From assembly GCF_039654945.1 (NCBI RefSeq), contig NW_027361697.1, positions 33,852,001 to 33,916,000 of the forward strand: 64,000 bases of DNA. Direction: 5' to 3'. This DNA is from Dendrobates tinctorius. Taxonomy: Eukaryota. Both the position numbers and the translations under genes were made by a program. Numbering within the stretch: the first letter of the stretch is position 1; the number at the start of each line of letters is the position of its first letter. A model generated the notes under the pieces. That model was not told the DNA's origin. It searched no databases and worked only from the letters and a program-made list of their open reading frames with translations. Shown in pieces: positions 1 to 12,234 of this stretch.

Positions 1-816
1 GCGCAGTACTGTAATGAGGACAGGAGGCATGGATTTCTTCCACGCACCGCACGCCCCTGAGCCTGGAGAAATCACTTGCATAAAGCAGGAATATAAGATT
101 ACTCCACAACTAGACCATTGATATGAGGCCTACAGGTAGGACTAGTGTAACATTTCTATTACCTGTATGCCCATATTAATAGGTCATATGTCCTGGGGAT
201 GACAGATTCCCTTTAAATATAGAAAATTCTTTATCAAAACTGATTCAAAGAAAACCAGCTTATAACCCAAAGCAAACAATCACAGCTCTGGTTTAATTTC
301 TTAAACTGCTGTAATAAAATGAAAGCTGCAGTATGATTGGTTGCTACAAGCAACTTAGAAACATTTTTGTTTAGCTTTCAGAAATGCTTAAAAAGCAGTG
401 AAGACTTCTCTGTCTGCCATCTTTTTGCTCACTGTAGATTATTAAGAAGACTGAAAGAAGTATGATGGTAGAATCAGACTGCACAAGGTTTGTTATTATA
501 GTCTGTTGTCATGGAGATGTATAGGTCTGTTTGACTCCCCATCCCCTTTATGGCTGAGCGATGTGCCATTTTTCCCTACTCTTCTTCAAAAAGCCATAAC
601 TATTATTTTTCTGTCAACATCGCCGCTGAGATTCTGAACAGGTCACGTGACATTGGTGTGCCACGAGGCTGCTGATTTGCTGCAGCCATTACTGTTCTGT
701 CAGAGCAAACGTCCACTGTAATGTAATAAGGGGCCTAAAGGGCTGCAGCAGTCTGGCGACACAACAATGTCCTGGCAGCATTCGGCGATCAGCCATAGGG
801 GTGGTGCCGACCCAAT

Positions 817-963
817 TTCAGTCACCGCTCTGTGTATAGAGAGCGGCGGCTGTAACCGCACCCGGCACTGTCTGACAGCGGCTCAGTATTAGAATCAGCT
901 GTTAGTCAGTGCCGGGGAAGGGGCTACACCCGCCGCTCTCTATACACAGAGCAGTGACTGAAA
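817..963. repeat. Imperfect palindrome, probably the interior of a non-autonomous DNA transposon
   Basis: tttcagtcaccgctctgtgtatagagagcggcgg ... ccgccgctctctatacacagagcagtgactgaaa. Confidence 0.6.
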
Positions 964-1635
964 CCGTGATGGCGTCACCCCTTTGCCTGGAAGCTGAATG
1001 CTGCTGGGAGGAATAAAGCTAATTTCCTCCTGGCAGCGGGGCTCTCAGCACAGGTGTCAGAACGCTATTAATCTGCAGGTTAATAGTGCTATTATACGCC
1101 ACGTTCCGTTTAACCCTGCCCAGCTGGAGAGGACTGAACTTGTAATCGCATTGTTGGGACATGTGCTATGAACACTTAGATTTGCTCCTGTGGATGCGTG
1201 GTGGCTGCACAAGGTGACATATTTAGGTTTTGATCAGGGTTATGGTCTTGTGTCTACTGAAGTCTCTCTAAAGAGTCATTATCTATACCTTTATCTAGGT
1301 GGTCTGTTGTTTAGTCTATATCATTTTTGGGTTGTGCTGAATGGGGTCATATGTAGTATTTAAGATACAAATTCTAGATGTTAGGGACATGCACTATATG
1401 CGAGTGTGGCATCAGGAAAACATTTTGTGCCATACGTGACATTTGGTGTTGTCGTTCTTGTAATTTCCAATTTCCCTTTTCATAAGTTGGCAAGTGTTTA
1501 TCAGAGCTTGCATCATCTAGAGTGAAGTGCTGTCCGTGTGCACTATAGACTGCACACGTACCCATTATAGTCAGGGTGCCAGTCCACATTCCCGATTTTC
1601 CACACGGACCAACGGTCTGTGTAAAGAAAAATCAC

Positions 1636-2067
1636 TGGTAAAACAGCTGAAAAGGAAAGAGCGCAATAGGGTCTTACCCGAGTAAAGCTTGATATAAACT
1701 CAATTCATTATACTCACCTTATACAGGAGAGATTCAGACACATAGAAGTAGGTAGTCAGCCTGCTGCACATCCAAAGGGCCACGCTGTGATCACAAATCA
1801 TCAGATTATAAAGGAGAAAGTTTATGGATTAAAAGTGCGCTGCTTGACAAATCAATCCTTCCAGGTTTTATGAACTGTACTTTTATTTCCCAACGCGTTT
1901 CGAAGTCTATACTTCTTCCTCAGGGGATGACAGGTACCTGTCTTCCCCTGAGGAAGAAGTATAGACTTCGAAACGCGTTGGAAAATAAAAGTACAGTTCA
2001 TAAAACCTGGAAGGATTGATTTGTCAAGCAGCGCACTTTTAATCCATAAACTTTCTCCTTTATAATC
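1636..2067. mobile_element. Non-coding Penelope-like (PLE) insertion: 266-bp palindrome with a hammerhead motif on each strand
   Basis: 14-bp direct repeat taaagaaaaatcac at 1622-1635 and 2068-2081; spacerless palindrome 1803-2068 centred on ggtacc with 2 mismatches; CTGAGGA-stem-GAAACGCGTT followed by AATAAA. Confidence 0.75.
1944..1983 (+). ncRNA. Minimal type I hammerhead ribozyme motif (C3-G8 core); mirror copy at ~1888-1927 on the minus strand
   Basis: tccc CTGAGGA a GAAGT atag ACTTC GAAA CGCG TT gg(g/a)a. Confidence 0.65.
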
Positions 2068-2231
2068 TAAAGAAAAATCACAGTATGTATGATTAATGGA
2101 CCAGACTAGTAAATAACAGGCAGAACAAGGAGGAACACACAGAATTGGCAGACGTGACTGGCCTGACTTTTCCACAGGCTATCTGAACCCAGCCGTAGGC
2201 CCAGAAGAAATGCATAAAGCCAATCTAATAT

Positions 2232-2414
2232 TGCGCTCATCAGGACGTTTCATATAAAAGTCTTTAATTCCTCCAAACAGTAATGACAACAGCGACTTTT
2301 CACCCTGTATGGTCTTTTTCAAGCCGAAAAAGGCCATACAGTTCGAAACGTTTCTGTTGTCTTTACTATATTGAGGAATAAAAGACTTTTATATGAAACG
2401 TCCTGATGAGCGCA
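2232..2414. mobile_element. Degenerate palindromic PLE-like remnant with a U3-A8 hammerhead-like core
   Basis: 34-bp perfect outer inverted repeat tgcgctcatcaggacgtttcatataaaagtcttt; arm consensus gc TTGAAAA a GRCC atacag GGTC GAAA CG TY gct; no clear TSD. Confidence 0.5.
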
Positions 2415-2592
2415 GTCTAGTTTTGTTGTTTTTACATCAAGTGGATCTCTCGGGTACATTTTGACTCTATTATGCCTAATGTGTGCTACAGCCCTGTCTA
2501 CCAGGAGTAAATCATGCCCAAAATATATCAGAATATTCAAAACTTATTATGCAAACCAAACAAGGTATACAATTATAGATTTCTGTAAGTTA

Positions 2593-2979
2593 GGCCGGGT
2601 GCCCACGATCCGGAACTAGCAGCGCTTAGGACACAGAGCATGTTCGCTGCGTCCAAAGTGCTGCCTTCTATTGAATGCAGGTGAATCCGCATGTGCTCAC
2701 GGAACCCTGCGTATTTACTGCATCCAATACATTTCTATTGGTGAAATTTCTCTTATGGAGACTAGTGTCTCTGCAAGAGAAATGGACATGCTGCTGTCTT
2801 GAGAGACGCGCCGCATGTCCGTCTCCACGGGTGATCCGCAGTCGACTATGCATCATAGTGGACAAGGGATTTCTAGAAATCCTATCCACTATGCTGTAAC
2901 ATCTGGCCACTGCAGGTTTGACGCTGAACAAATACGCAGCATCATACACGCATCAGTTACTGATCATGGGCACATACCC
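2593..2979. mobile_element. PIF/Harbinger-type MITE (diverged)
   Basis: tta-ggccgggtgcccacgatc ... gatcatgggcacataccc-tta; imperfect TIRs. Confidence 0.55.
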
Positions 2980-5442
2980 TTAAAGATAAACTTACAATAT
3001 CCGATTATTGCAGTTAAGAAAATCTCTGCTTCACCGTTTTAGTTGTCTGTAATATCATTATAGGTTTTCCTGGAGGAAAGTTATTAAAAAGAAGAACTTG
3101 ATGAATTTATTTTTAATTTCAACCAAATCCTATAGAAGAGCCTCCTCCTCTATAGCCATTAAATGTCAGATGCTGCTATTGATGCATAGTAGACAGTACC
3201 AACAATCACGCTCCCATGATTAATATGAGAAATTTATATTAAATTAACTCAAATATATGGATAAAATAAACTCCAACGACACTCCGTGACATAGCTCAAT
3301 GTATCACAGTGTAATTTCTAGAAATCAAAGTTCCCTACATCCATTCCATGTTTATTTTACAAAGAGGATTGCATAAAAATCATTTCCATCAAATTAAAAA
3401 TCAGTATTACCCCCATATTATTATATCCCAAACTGCATAACATTTTACAACACTACTAATAGGCCACTTACAGCCATAATATGTAATATCAGATTTTTTT
3501 TTATATCTATAAATCTTAAGACCAGTTATAAATACCACCCATTCATACACACGCAACAAATTCTCTGAATGAGAAATCGTCCTAATATATGGGAAAATTG
3601 CTCCTGGGTGACAAATACACATCAAATAAAATGGATATAAAATACTTACATGGAGAAATGGTTGGAGAAATGGCCAAGAGCGAGTCAGAAGCACAGTGTC
3701 TGAATGTAAATGGCATCTCTGGAGTCATTATGAGACTGCGGGAAACGGAGACAAAACGCTTCTTGTTCTAGTATTTCTTTCACATGAAACTTCACTGTCC
3801 TCAATGAAAACATTACATTCCTTTACTCTGTCCGCTTAAATGTTAGATAAGATCATGCAAGTGTATAGCACAAAAGAAATATAATATTTAGAGAAAAATG
3901 CAACGTCCCTACATATTGGGATCTTTGCTTTATTACGTGTTATTTGCTTTTTATTACACTACAAAAACATGTTATATTTCACATGGAGGGGGGCGGCTGC
4001 GGAGACAGACACAGATGTCCAGTAGTCCTAGCTGTTAGTGGGGAGGTGGTTGGAGCAATAATTTGAGACGTGCATGATGTCGCCTGGACTCCATAGATGT
4101 GCCCACAGTGATCTCGGTGCATTATGATTAATGCTCGTAAGAGTACCGAAAAGTACAGGGAGATTCACTCGAAAGAGGCCCCCAATACTCTTTTAGGATT
4201 AAGCAATCTGAACCCCAAAAACACGCTACATGCCTTGACGGGTTATTGATTGCATCACATTCAATGCCGAAAGTGATCGCCGTCTTCTACCAAACACATT
4301 TCAATATGACACTCCATGTTCCGTATTGGCAAGCATTTGGGAGAGATAAAGGGAATAGTAGCAATTCCTTGTTGGACGTATTCCTTCAAATGCAAAAATG
4401 CGGAGGTATCCTGGCTTGTTTGAAGCTCCATTTACAGAGGATCACAAAGCACGTTGTTTCAATCAAATGACTTCATCCTAATGAGAGTAATTACAGAATA
4501 CTCAGGGCCTTTTCTGAGTGAATCTCACTGTAGCTATTTTGCATGAAAATTCAACAAATAATGCCATTATAGTAATTATCTTCATGATCTTGCCCAACTC
4601 TGTGTTTCACATTAGTTTTGATGCTATGAGGGCTTTCTTAGCGAGGAACTACCAAAGTTCACAAGTACAGTTTCCACGATTCTTATCCTCTCGCTTAGAT
4701 TGTTATGGACTCACCCGGTGATGTGGATTCTCTAAAGCTGCAGGTCAAGGTGGACAACACGGACCAAAGCCATTTGCATAGTAGACCGGATGCAAATGGA
4801 ACAGTGATGACCAGGATAGAAGGCAGACAAGCGGAGCAGGGCACACCAGAAGACACTGAGTCAGGAGTGATACACACAGGAACTGAAGATGTCGAGACAA
4901 TTCATGATTAGCGGCAACATTTGCAATGTAAACAAGTGCTAAAAAAATTCATGGAAGGCAAGGGCTACATGGCGACATGTGTCATGCAACAGCTATTCTC
5001 TGGAAAGACGCAACAAAAGCTTTTTAGAGTTCTGATTTTGTTGTAAATGAAAAAGCCATGTTACACACAAGACACATGCGCCTTGCATTTAAGTCTATTG
5101 TAAGTATGTCACATGTGACTTGAAAACAAGGAACAGAAAATCCTGCTCATTTGGAAATATTTGTGTCGCAGTCAAAGGAGGTCGCAAGGTGAAGAGAAAG
5201 ACCATAGAACATCATTAGATGCAATATCGCAATGCAGCACTGTGGTTTTAGTGTAGCATGACATGTCGTTGTCTAACCTTACAGCAGACAAAGGGTTAAT
5301 CAGCAAATAAATGGACAGCCGCTGGCAGCTGTGAGGAACAGGCAAGTTTATTTGCAGATAAAGGTGCTTCTCTCAAAATTAGAATATCATCAAAAAGTTA
5401 ATTTATTTCAGTTCTTCAATGCAAAAAGTGAAACTCATATTA

Positions 5443-7058
5443 CAGTCATATGTAAAAGTTTGGGCACCCCTATTAATGTTAACCTTTTTTCTTTATAACA
5501 ATTTTGGTTTTTGCAACAGCTATTTCAGTTTCATATATCTAATAACTGATGGACTCAGTTATATTTCTGGATTCAAATGAGGTTTATTGTACTAACAGAA
5601 AATGTGCAATCTGCATTTAAACAAAATTTCACCGGTGCAAAAGTATGGGCACCCTTATCATTTTCTTGATTTGAACACTCCTAACTACTTTTTACTGACT
5701 TCCTGAAGCACTAAATTGGTTTTGTATCCTCATCGAGCTTTGAACTTCATAGCCAGGTATATCAAATCATGAGAAAAGGTATTTAAAGTGGCCACTTGCA
5801 AGTAGTTCTCCTATTTGATTCTCCTATGAAGAGTGGTATCATGGGCTCCTCAAATCAACTCTCAAATGATCTGAAAACAAAGATTATTCAACATAGCTTT
5901 TCAGGGGAAGGATACAAAAAGTTGTCTCAGAGATTTAACCTGTCAGTTTCCACTGTGAGGAACATAGTTAGGAAATGGAAGAACACAGGTACAGTTCTTG
6001 TTAAGCCCAGAAGTGGCAGGCCAAGAAAAATATCAGAAAGGCAGAGAAGAAGAATGGTGAGAACAGTCAAGGACAATCCACAGACCACCTCCAAAGACCT
6101 GCAGCATCTTCTTGCTGCAGATGGTGTCACTGTGCATCGGTCAACAATACAGCGCATGCATAACGCCTTTTTGTATGACCAAACAACTCAATCTTTGTTT
6201 CATCAGTCCACAGGACCTTCTTCCAAAATGTAACTGGCTTGTCCAAATGTGCTTTTGCATACCTCAGGTGACTCTGTTTGTGGCGTGCTTGCAGAAACGG
6301 CTTCTTTCGCATCACTCTCCCATACAGCTTCTCCTTGTGCAAAGTGCGCTGTATTGTTGACCGATGCACAGTGACACCATCTGCAGCAAGATGATGCTGC
6401 AGGTCTTTGGAGGTGGTCTGTGGATTGTCCTTGACTGTTCTCACCATTCTTCTTCTCTGCCTTTCTGACATTTTTCTTGGCCTGCCACTTCTGGGCTTAA
6501 CAAGAACTGTACCTGTGTTCTTCCATTTCCTTATTATGTTTCTCACAGTGGAAACTGACAGGTTAAATCTCTGAGACAACTTTTTGTATCCTTCCCCTGA
6601 AAAGCTATGTTGAATAATCTTTGTTTTCAGATCATTTGAGAGTTGTTTTGAGGAGCCCATGATGCCACTCTTCATAGGAGAATCTAATAGGAGAACTACT
6701 TGCAAGTGGCCACTTTAAATACCTTTTCTCGTGATTTGATACACCTGGCTATGAAGTTCAAAGCTTAATGAGGATACAAAACCAATTTAGTGCTTCAGGA
6801 AGTCAGGAAAAAGTAGTTAGGAGTGTTCAAATCAAGAAAATGATAAGGGTGCCCATACTTTTGCACCGGTCAAATTTTGTTTAAATGCAGATTGCACATT
6901 TTCTGTTAGTACAATAAACCTCATTTGAATCCAGAAATATAACTGAGTCCATCAGTTATTAGATATATGAAACTGAAATAGCTGTTGCAAAAACCAAAAT
7001 TGTTATAAAGAAAAAAGGTTAACATTAATAGGGGTGCCCAAACTTTTACATATGACTG
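5443..7058. mobile_element. Fold-back Tc1 derivative made of two inverted 5' halves
   Basis: TA TSD; termini cagtcatatgtaaaagtttgggcacccc; the same transposase N-terminus (MGSS.QLSNDLK...GRPRK) on + from 5841 and on - from 6660; junction at ~6155. Confidence 0.92.
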
Positions 7059-7316
7059 TATATAGAGTCATTACAGAGTGATCTATTTCAAGTGTTTATT
7101 TCTGTTAATGTTGATGATTATGGCCTACAGCCAATGAAACCCAAAAGTCATTATCTCAGTAAATTAGAATAATTAACAAAAATCACCTACAAAGACTTCC
7201 TAAGCATTTAAAAAGGTCCCTCAGTCTGTTTCAGTAGGTTCCACAATCATGGGGAAGACTGCTGACTTGACAGATGTCCAGAAGGCAGTCATTGACACAC
7301 TCCACAAGGAGGGTAA

Positions 7317-7712
7317 GGCTAGTTTCACACTAGCGCATTTTACATGCAGCGCACGGCACTAAGCCCTGCCCCCTGACCGCCTCTTCCGGTCATCTCCTCC
7401 TACTATCACACACGGCTGCATGCGATCTGCGCACCCTATCTTTAGCATGCTGCGCACTTTTCAAGGTGTGCGCCGAACGCACCATGTTGCATTTTGGCAC
7501 GCTCGGCGCACCTTCAAAAGTGCGCAGCACACGCACAAATCCTCTAGCGCACGGTCTGCGCACCCTATGCTAAAGATAGGGTGCGCAGATTGCATGCGGC
7601 CGTGTGCGATAGTAGGAGGAGATGACCGGACAGGGCAGGCATGTTGTGGGCAGGGGGCAGGGCTTAGCGGCGCCGTGCGCTGCATGTAAAATACGCTAGT
7701 GTGAAACTAGCC
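7317..7712. mobile_element. PIF/Harbinger-type MITE
   Basis: TAA TSD; TIR ggctagtttcacactagcg; internally palindromic. Confidence 0.88.
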
Positions 7713-7728
7713 TAAGCCACAAAAGGTC

Positions 7729-8899
7729 TGTCACGCTCGCGCCTTGGCTGAATGGCGCGAGCCGGGGGGTTTGTGGCCCCACTGTGCCACAAACCAGACT
7801 ACCCTGGGAGGGGCGTGACTACGACAGCTACCTCGGTCTTCACTGGAGCCTCTGATGGTGAGGTCAGGCTTGTGCGGCAGATAGCTGCCGGGTGCCACTC
7901 CAGGGTGGTGTCTGGCTATGGCTGCTGGTCCCACTCGGGGACAAGTCAATTGACAGAAGGTATAGACAGGCAGGCAGGTAGACACGACAGGTACGGACGG
8001 CTGAGACACTGCGCAAGCAGGTGTGGCTTGGAGACACAGGGCAGGCGGGCATGGCTTGGAGAAGGGACAGGTAGGGACCTGTTCACACAGCAGGTGCAGG
8101 CAGGAGGGAGTGGTGTATGTTGGAACAGGATTTGGACCTGTTCACACAGGAGGTGCAGGTATGGATATAGGCATGAGTGCAGAGTAGGTGGAGCCGCAGG
8201 AGTGCGGAGTAGAGCTGAACCACAAGGTCTGTGGAGAAACTGCAGCAAGAAGTTCTGCAGCAGCAGAGAAGACGGAGCTGCAAGGGTGCAGATGCACAGA
8301 CGGAGCTGCAAGGGTGCAGATGCACAGACGGAACTGCAAGGGTGCAGATGCACAGACGGAGCTGCAAGGGTGCAGATGCACAGACAGGGAGGACACAAGG
8401 AAAGATACAAAAGGGAAGGAAGCCACAGACAAGGAGAAAGGGAGACTAAGGTAGGACAGAGTACAGACAAGGTACTGGGACCAAGACTCAAGGGCCAGGA
8501 TATTCAGCCTCCTGGCAGGCAGACAAGGTACAAAGCAAGACAAGAAGTATTCCTCCAGAGAAGGAGGAAATACACAGGACAGGGCCTGGCTTCCTCAGCA
8601 GCAAGATACTGAGATTAGACATTGCACAGGCAATGTTTCAGTGGGTGTGGCGGAAGTAAATAGTCAAGGGCTCTAGGTGATTGGTCAGGGACAGATTAGA
8701 CAGGTGCACCATGACGGCATAAGAATCAGAGTTCTGGCGCCGCCCCCCTATACACACATAGCCAGGAAACATACAGGAGAGCAGAGGCACAGAGCACAGG
8801 ACTGGCAACAGACAGAATTCACAGCATAACCCGGAGCAGTGAGTAAGTTGATGTGCGGGGGATGGGAGGCCATGCAGTGATGACAGAAGGGTTGTTACA
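7729..8899. mobile_element. Solo LTR with an internal 28-bp x4 tandem repeat (8271-8384)
   Basis: TGTCAC...GTTACA termini; 5-bp TSD aggtc/agatc with 1 mismatch; interrupts the Tc1 reading frame. Confidence 0.8.
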
Positions 8900-9552
8900 A
8901 GATCATTGCTAAAGAAGCTGGCTGTCACACAGAGTGCTGTATCCAAGCATATTAATGGAAAGTTGATTAGAAGGAAAAAGAGTGGTAGAAAAAGGTGCAC
9001 AAGCAACCGAGATAACCGCAGCCTTGAAAGGATTGTTAAGAAAAGGCCATTCAAAATTTTGGGATAGATTAACAAGGAGTGGACTGCTGCTGGAGTCATT
9101 GCTTCAAGAGCCACCACACACACAGACGTATCCAGGACATGGGCTACAAGTGTCACATTCCTTGTGTCAAGCCACTCATGACCAATAGACAACGCCAGAA
9201 ACGTCTTACCTGTGCCAAGCATAAAAAAAAAAAAAACTGGACTGTTGCTCAGTGGTCCAAGGTGTTGTTTTCAGATGAAAGTAAATTTTGCGTTTCATTT
9301 GGAAATCAAGGTTCCAGAGTCTGGAGGAAGAGTGGAGAGGCCACAATCCAAGCTGCTTGAGGTCTAGTGTGAAGTTTCCACAATCAGTGATGGTTTGGGG
9401 AGCCATGTCATCTGCTGGTGTAGGTCCACTGTGTTTTATCAAGACCAAAGTGAGCGCAGCCGTCTACCAGGAAATTTTAGAGCACTTCATGCTTCCCTCT
9501 GCCGACAAGGGTTTTGGAGATGGATATTTTATTCTCCAGCAGGACTTGGCAC

Positions 9553-9856
9553 TAGTGATGAGTGAGTATACTCGTTGCTTGAGATTTCCCTAGCATGCTC
9601 GGGTGATCGCCGAGTATTTGGATGTGCTCGGAGATTGTTTGTCATCATAGCTGCATGATTTGCAGCTGCTAGACAGACTGAATACATGTGGGGATTTCCT
9701 ACAAACAGGCAATCCCCACATGTATGGAGGCTGGCTAGCAGCAGCAAATCATGCAGCTACGGCGACAAACTAAATCTCCGAGCACATCCAAATACTCGGC
9801 GATCACCCGAGCATGCTAGGGAAATCTCAAGCAACGAGTATACTCACTCATCACTA
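9553..9856. mobile_element. hAT-type MITE
   Basis: 8-bp TSD cttggcac; long TIR tagtgatgagtgagtatactcgttgc. Confidence 0.9.
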
Positions 9857-10394
9857 CTTGGCACCTGTCCACACTGCCAAAAGTAACAATACTTGGTTTA
9901 AAAACAACAGTATTACTGTGCTTGATTGGCCAGCAAACTTGCCTGACCTTAACCCCATAGATTCTTTGAGGTATTGTCAAGAGGACGATGAGAGACATCA
10001 GACCCAACAATGCAAACGAGCTGAAGGCTAATATCAAAGCAACCTGGGCTTCCATAACACCTCAGCAGTGCCACAAGCTGATCGCCCCATGCCACGCCGC
10101 ATTGATGCAGTAATTGATGCAAAAGGAGCCCTGACCAAGTATTTAGTGCATTCACTGAACATTCATTTCAGTAGGCCAACATTTCGGATATAAAAATCAT
10201 TTTTCAAGCTGGTGTTATAAAGTATTCTAATTTACTGAGATAATGACTTTTGGGTTTTCATCGGCTGTAAGCCATAATCATCAACATTAACAGAAATAAA
10301 CACTTGGAATAGATCACTCTGTAATGACTATATAAAATATGAAATTCCCTTTTTGTATTGAAGAACTGAAATAAATTAACTTTCTGATGATATC

Positions 10395-11268
10395 TGTCAT
10401 GAACTCATTTTCTGCTCCACCAGTTGAGAGTTCCCCTTCCGTTCTCCCTCTGGTGGTGACAGGAGGTAGTGCGGTTGGTTTAAGTGGTAGTGATCTGCCA
10501 CCTGATGAGGAAGATAACGATTGGATCTCTGGAGTATCAGACTGGATATAAGACAGTCGACGCCCTGTCCGGGTGCTGGTGATTCAGTCTGCTTCTCAGG
10601 TCCTGGACTTCAGCTCTCTTTCAGTCTTCTCAAGTTAAGTTTGTTTTTTGCTAATGTTCACACTTGCTCTTGTTGGTCAATTCAGTTTTTTGTGTAATCA
10701 GCCTGCCCCTGCTGGGGCTGTGCTGAATTTCCACTCCTATTAATCAGTATTTGCCAATCTGCTTTTTGTCCCTTATTAGATTGGCCTCTTTTTTGCTCTG
10801 TCTCAGAATATTTCAGAGTGCTGATATAGGTTTAGAAGTCTAGTGACTTCAGGGTTAGTTTTGCTATCAGAAGTGTTGGACAATATTTTTGTAGGTTTTT
10901 TTGGGCAGATTGAAGACAGTGTCTTTCCTTTTCAGTCCTTTTTAGTTAGGCTGAGCAAACGATGGGGCCCGACTATTTTTCTGCCTTTGTTTGTATTTTC
11001 ATCTTGTTTCACCGTCAATACATGTGGGGGGCTGTCTTTCCTTTGGGGTCTGCTCTGGGGCAGTTAGTTTTCCTCTTTTCCTGCTTTAGGCTTATGTAGT
11101 TCTCCGGTTGTGACGAGGCGTCTAGGACCAACGTAGGAACGCTCCACGACTGCTGCTAGTTGTACAGGTAAGATCAGGGATCTGCAATCTGCATAGTTAC
11201 CAACTTCTCTGGTTTTCTGAGACTTAGCTTGTTGTCTTTTTTTCCTCCTCGGTTTCCCATTCATAACA
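10395..11268. mobile_element. Solo LTR inserted in the right TIR of the Tc1 element
   Basis: TGTCATGAA...TTCATAACA termini, gatatc on both sides, and the Tc1 TIR resumes afterwards. Confidence 0.78.
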
Positions 11269-11907
11269 GATATCCTAGTTTTGTGCATAAGGCCTGTAAT
11301 GTGAACATGTCCAGAAAACAATTTGTTAGGCTTACAGCAGGCAAAAGGTAATCAAGAGGTCTGAATCATGAAGTAGATGCAGGTCATAGAAATCTCAGGA
11401 CTTAGGAGGGAGGATTGCAGGTGGCATGCTCCAAAGAGTACAGCAACACATAACATACTCAATATTCTGACACAAATGAATGTCTAAGGCAGTCTTAAAA
11501 GACATTGATTGATTATGTCACCGAAAATGCAGGGAAACTGGTGAAACTTGACCTGGAGCACTGCAAGAGGGAAGGAAGCAGAGCCCCGACATTACAGCCA
11601 AGACAGATGTGTAACACATTTACTTCTACCTGTAGGTCTCTCAATTATAAGGTGCAAGGAAGAGCTCTAGTTATTCACACAGCACAGGTCTTCCTTGCTG
11701 TCCTATCCTATTACACGCTGGACACGACACTATCTGCTGTCTAGCATGTGAAAAACAGTCTCTGTCGAGAAAGTCAGGGAGGGTAGTTGAAGGAGTGCCA
11801 GGTTAGATTTAGACCCCTGCGCATTTGTTATTGAAGCGAGAGGAAAATTAACTGTAGTACAGAAGAATGGCCATTACACAGTGTTTGGAGCCGTGAAGGT
11901 CTAACAC

Positions 11908-12234
11908 TACAACTGAGCGAATAGCTTCGGATAAGAGTTTATCCAAATAGCTATAGCGCTTCCCGAATAACTAGCTCGGGAACCTGGACACCTGGAGCGC
12001 TCCAGCTGATCAGCTTCTCGGCGCCGTAGCTGCAAGTGTCGCAGCTCTGTGACAGTCACAACAAACAGGCTCTCCATGCATGTGTTGTGACCGTCACACA
12101 GCCGCGACACATGCAGCTGCTGCACCGAACAGTTGATCGTGATGATCCAGGTGTCCAGGATACCGAGGTAGCTATTCGGGAAGCGCTATAGCTATTCGGA
12201 TAAGCTCTTATCTGAAGCTGTTCACCCATCCCTA
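11908..12234. mobile_element. hAT-type MITE (older)
   Basis: Long imperfect inverted arms; TSD tctaacac/actaacac. Confidence 0.7.

Larger units (their letters stand above)
5361..11296 (+). mobile_element. Tc1/mariner element (defective transposase) interrupted by five nested insertions
   Basis: TA-flanked long TIRs; transposase pieces MGKTADLTDVQK..., VLFSDESKF, VMVWGAMS, LQQDLA/PVH, WPANLPDLNPI; about 1.55 kb after removing the inserts. Confidence 0.88.

Noticed and set aside
2394-2413. GAAACGTC-CTGATGAG as a type II hammerhead
   Set aside because: There is no stem I between the cleavage triplet and CUGAUGA, so it cannot fold as a hammerhead.
1-5360. DNM3 or another neighbouring gene downstream of METTL13, including a donor-like site at ~3648 and short ORFs at 3600-4900
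   Set aside because: No recognisable dynamin or other protein motif in any frame I translated, and no consistent exon pair.
7752-8612. 286-aa ORF as a gene
   Set aside because: Lies within a solo LTR with an internal tandem repeat, and has no recognisable domain.
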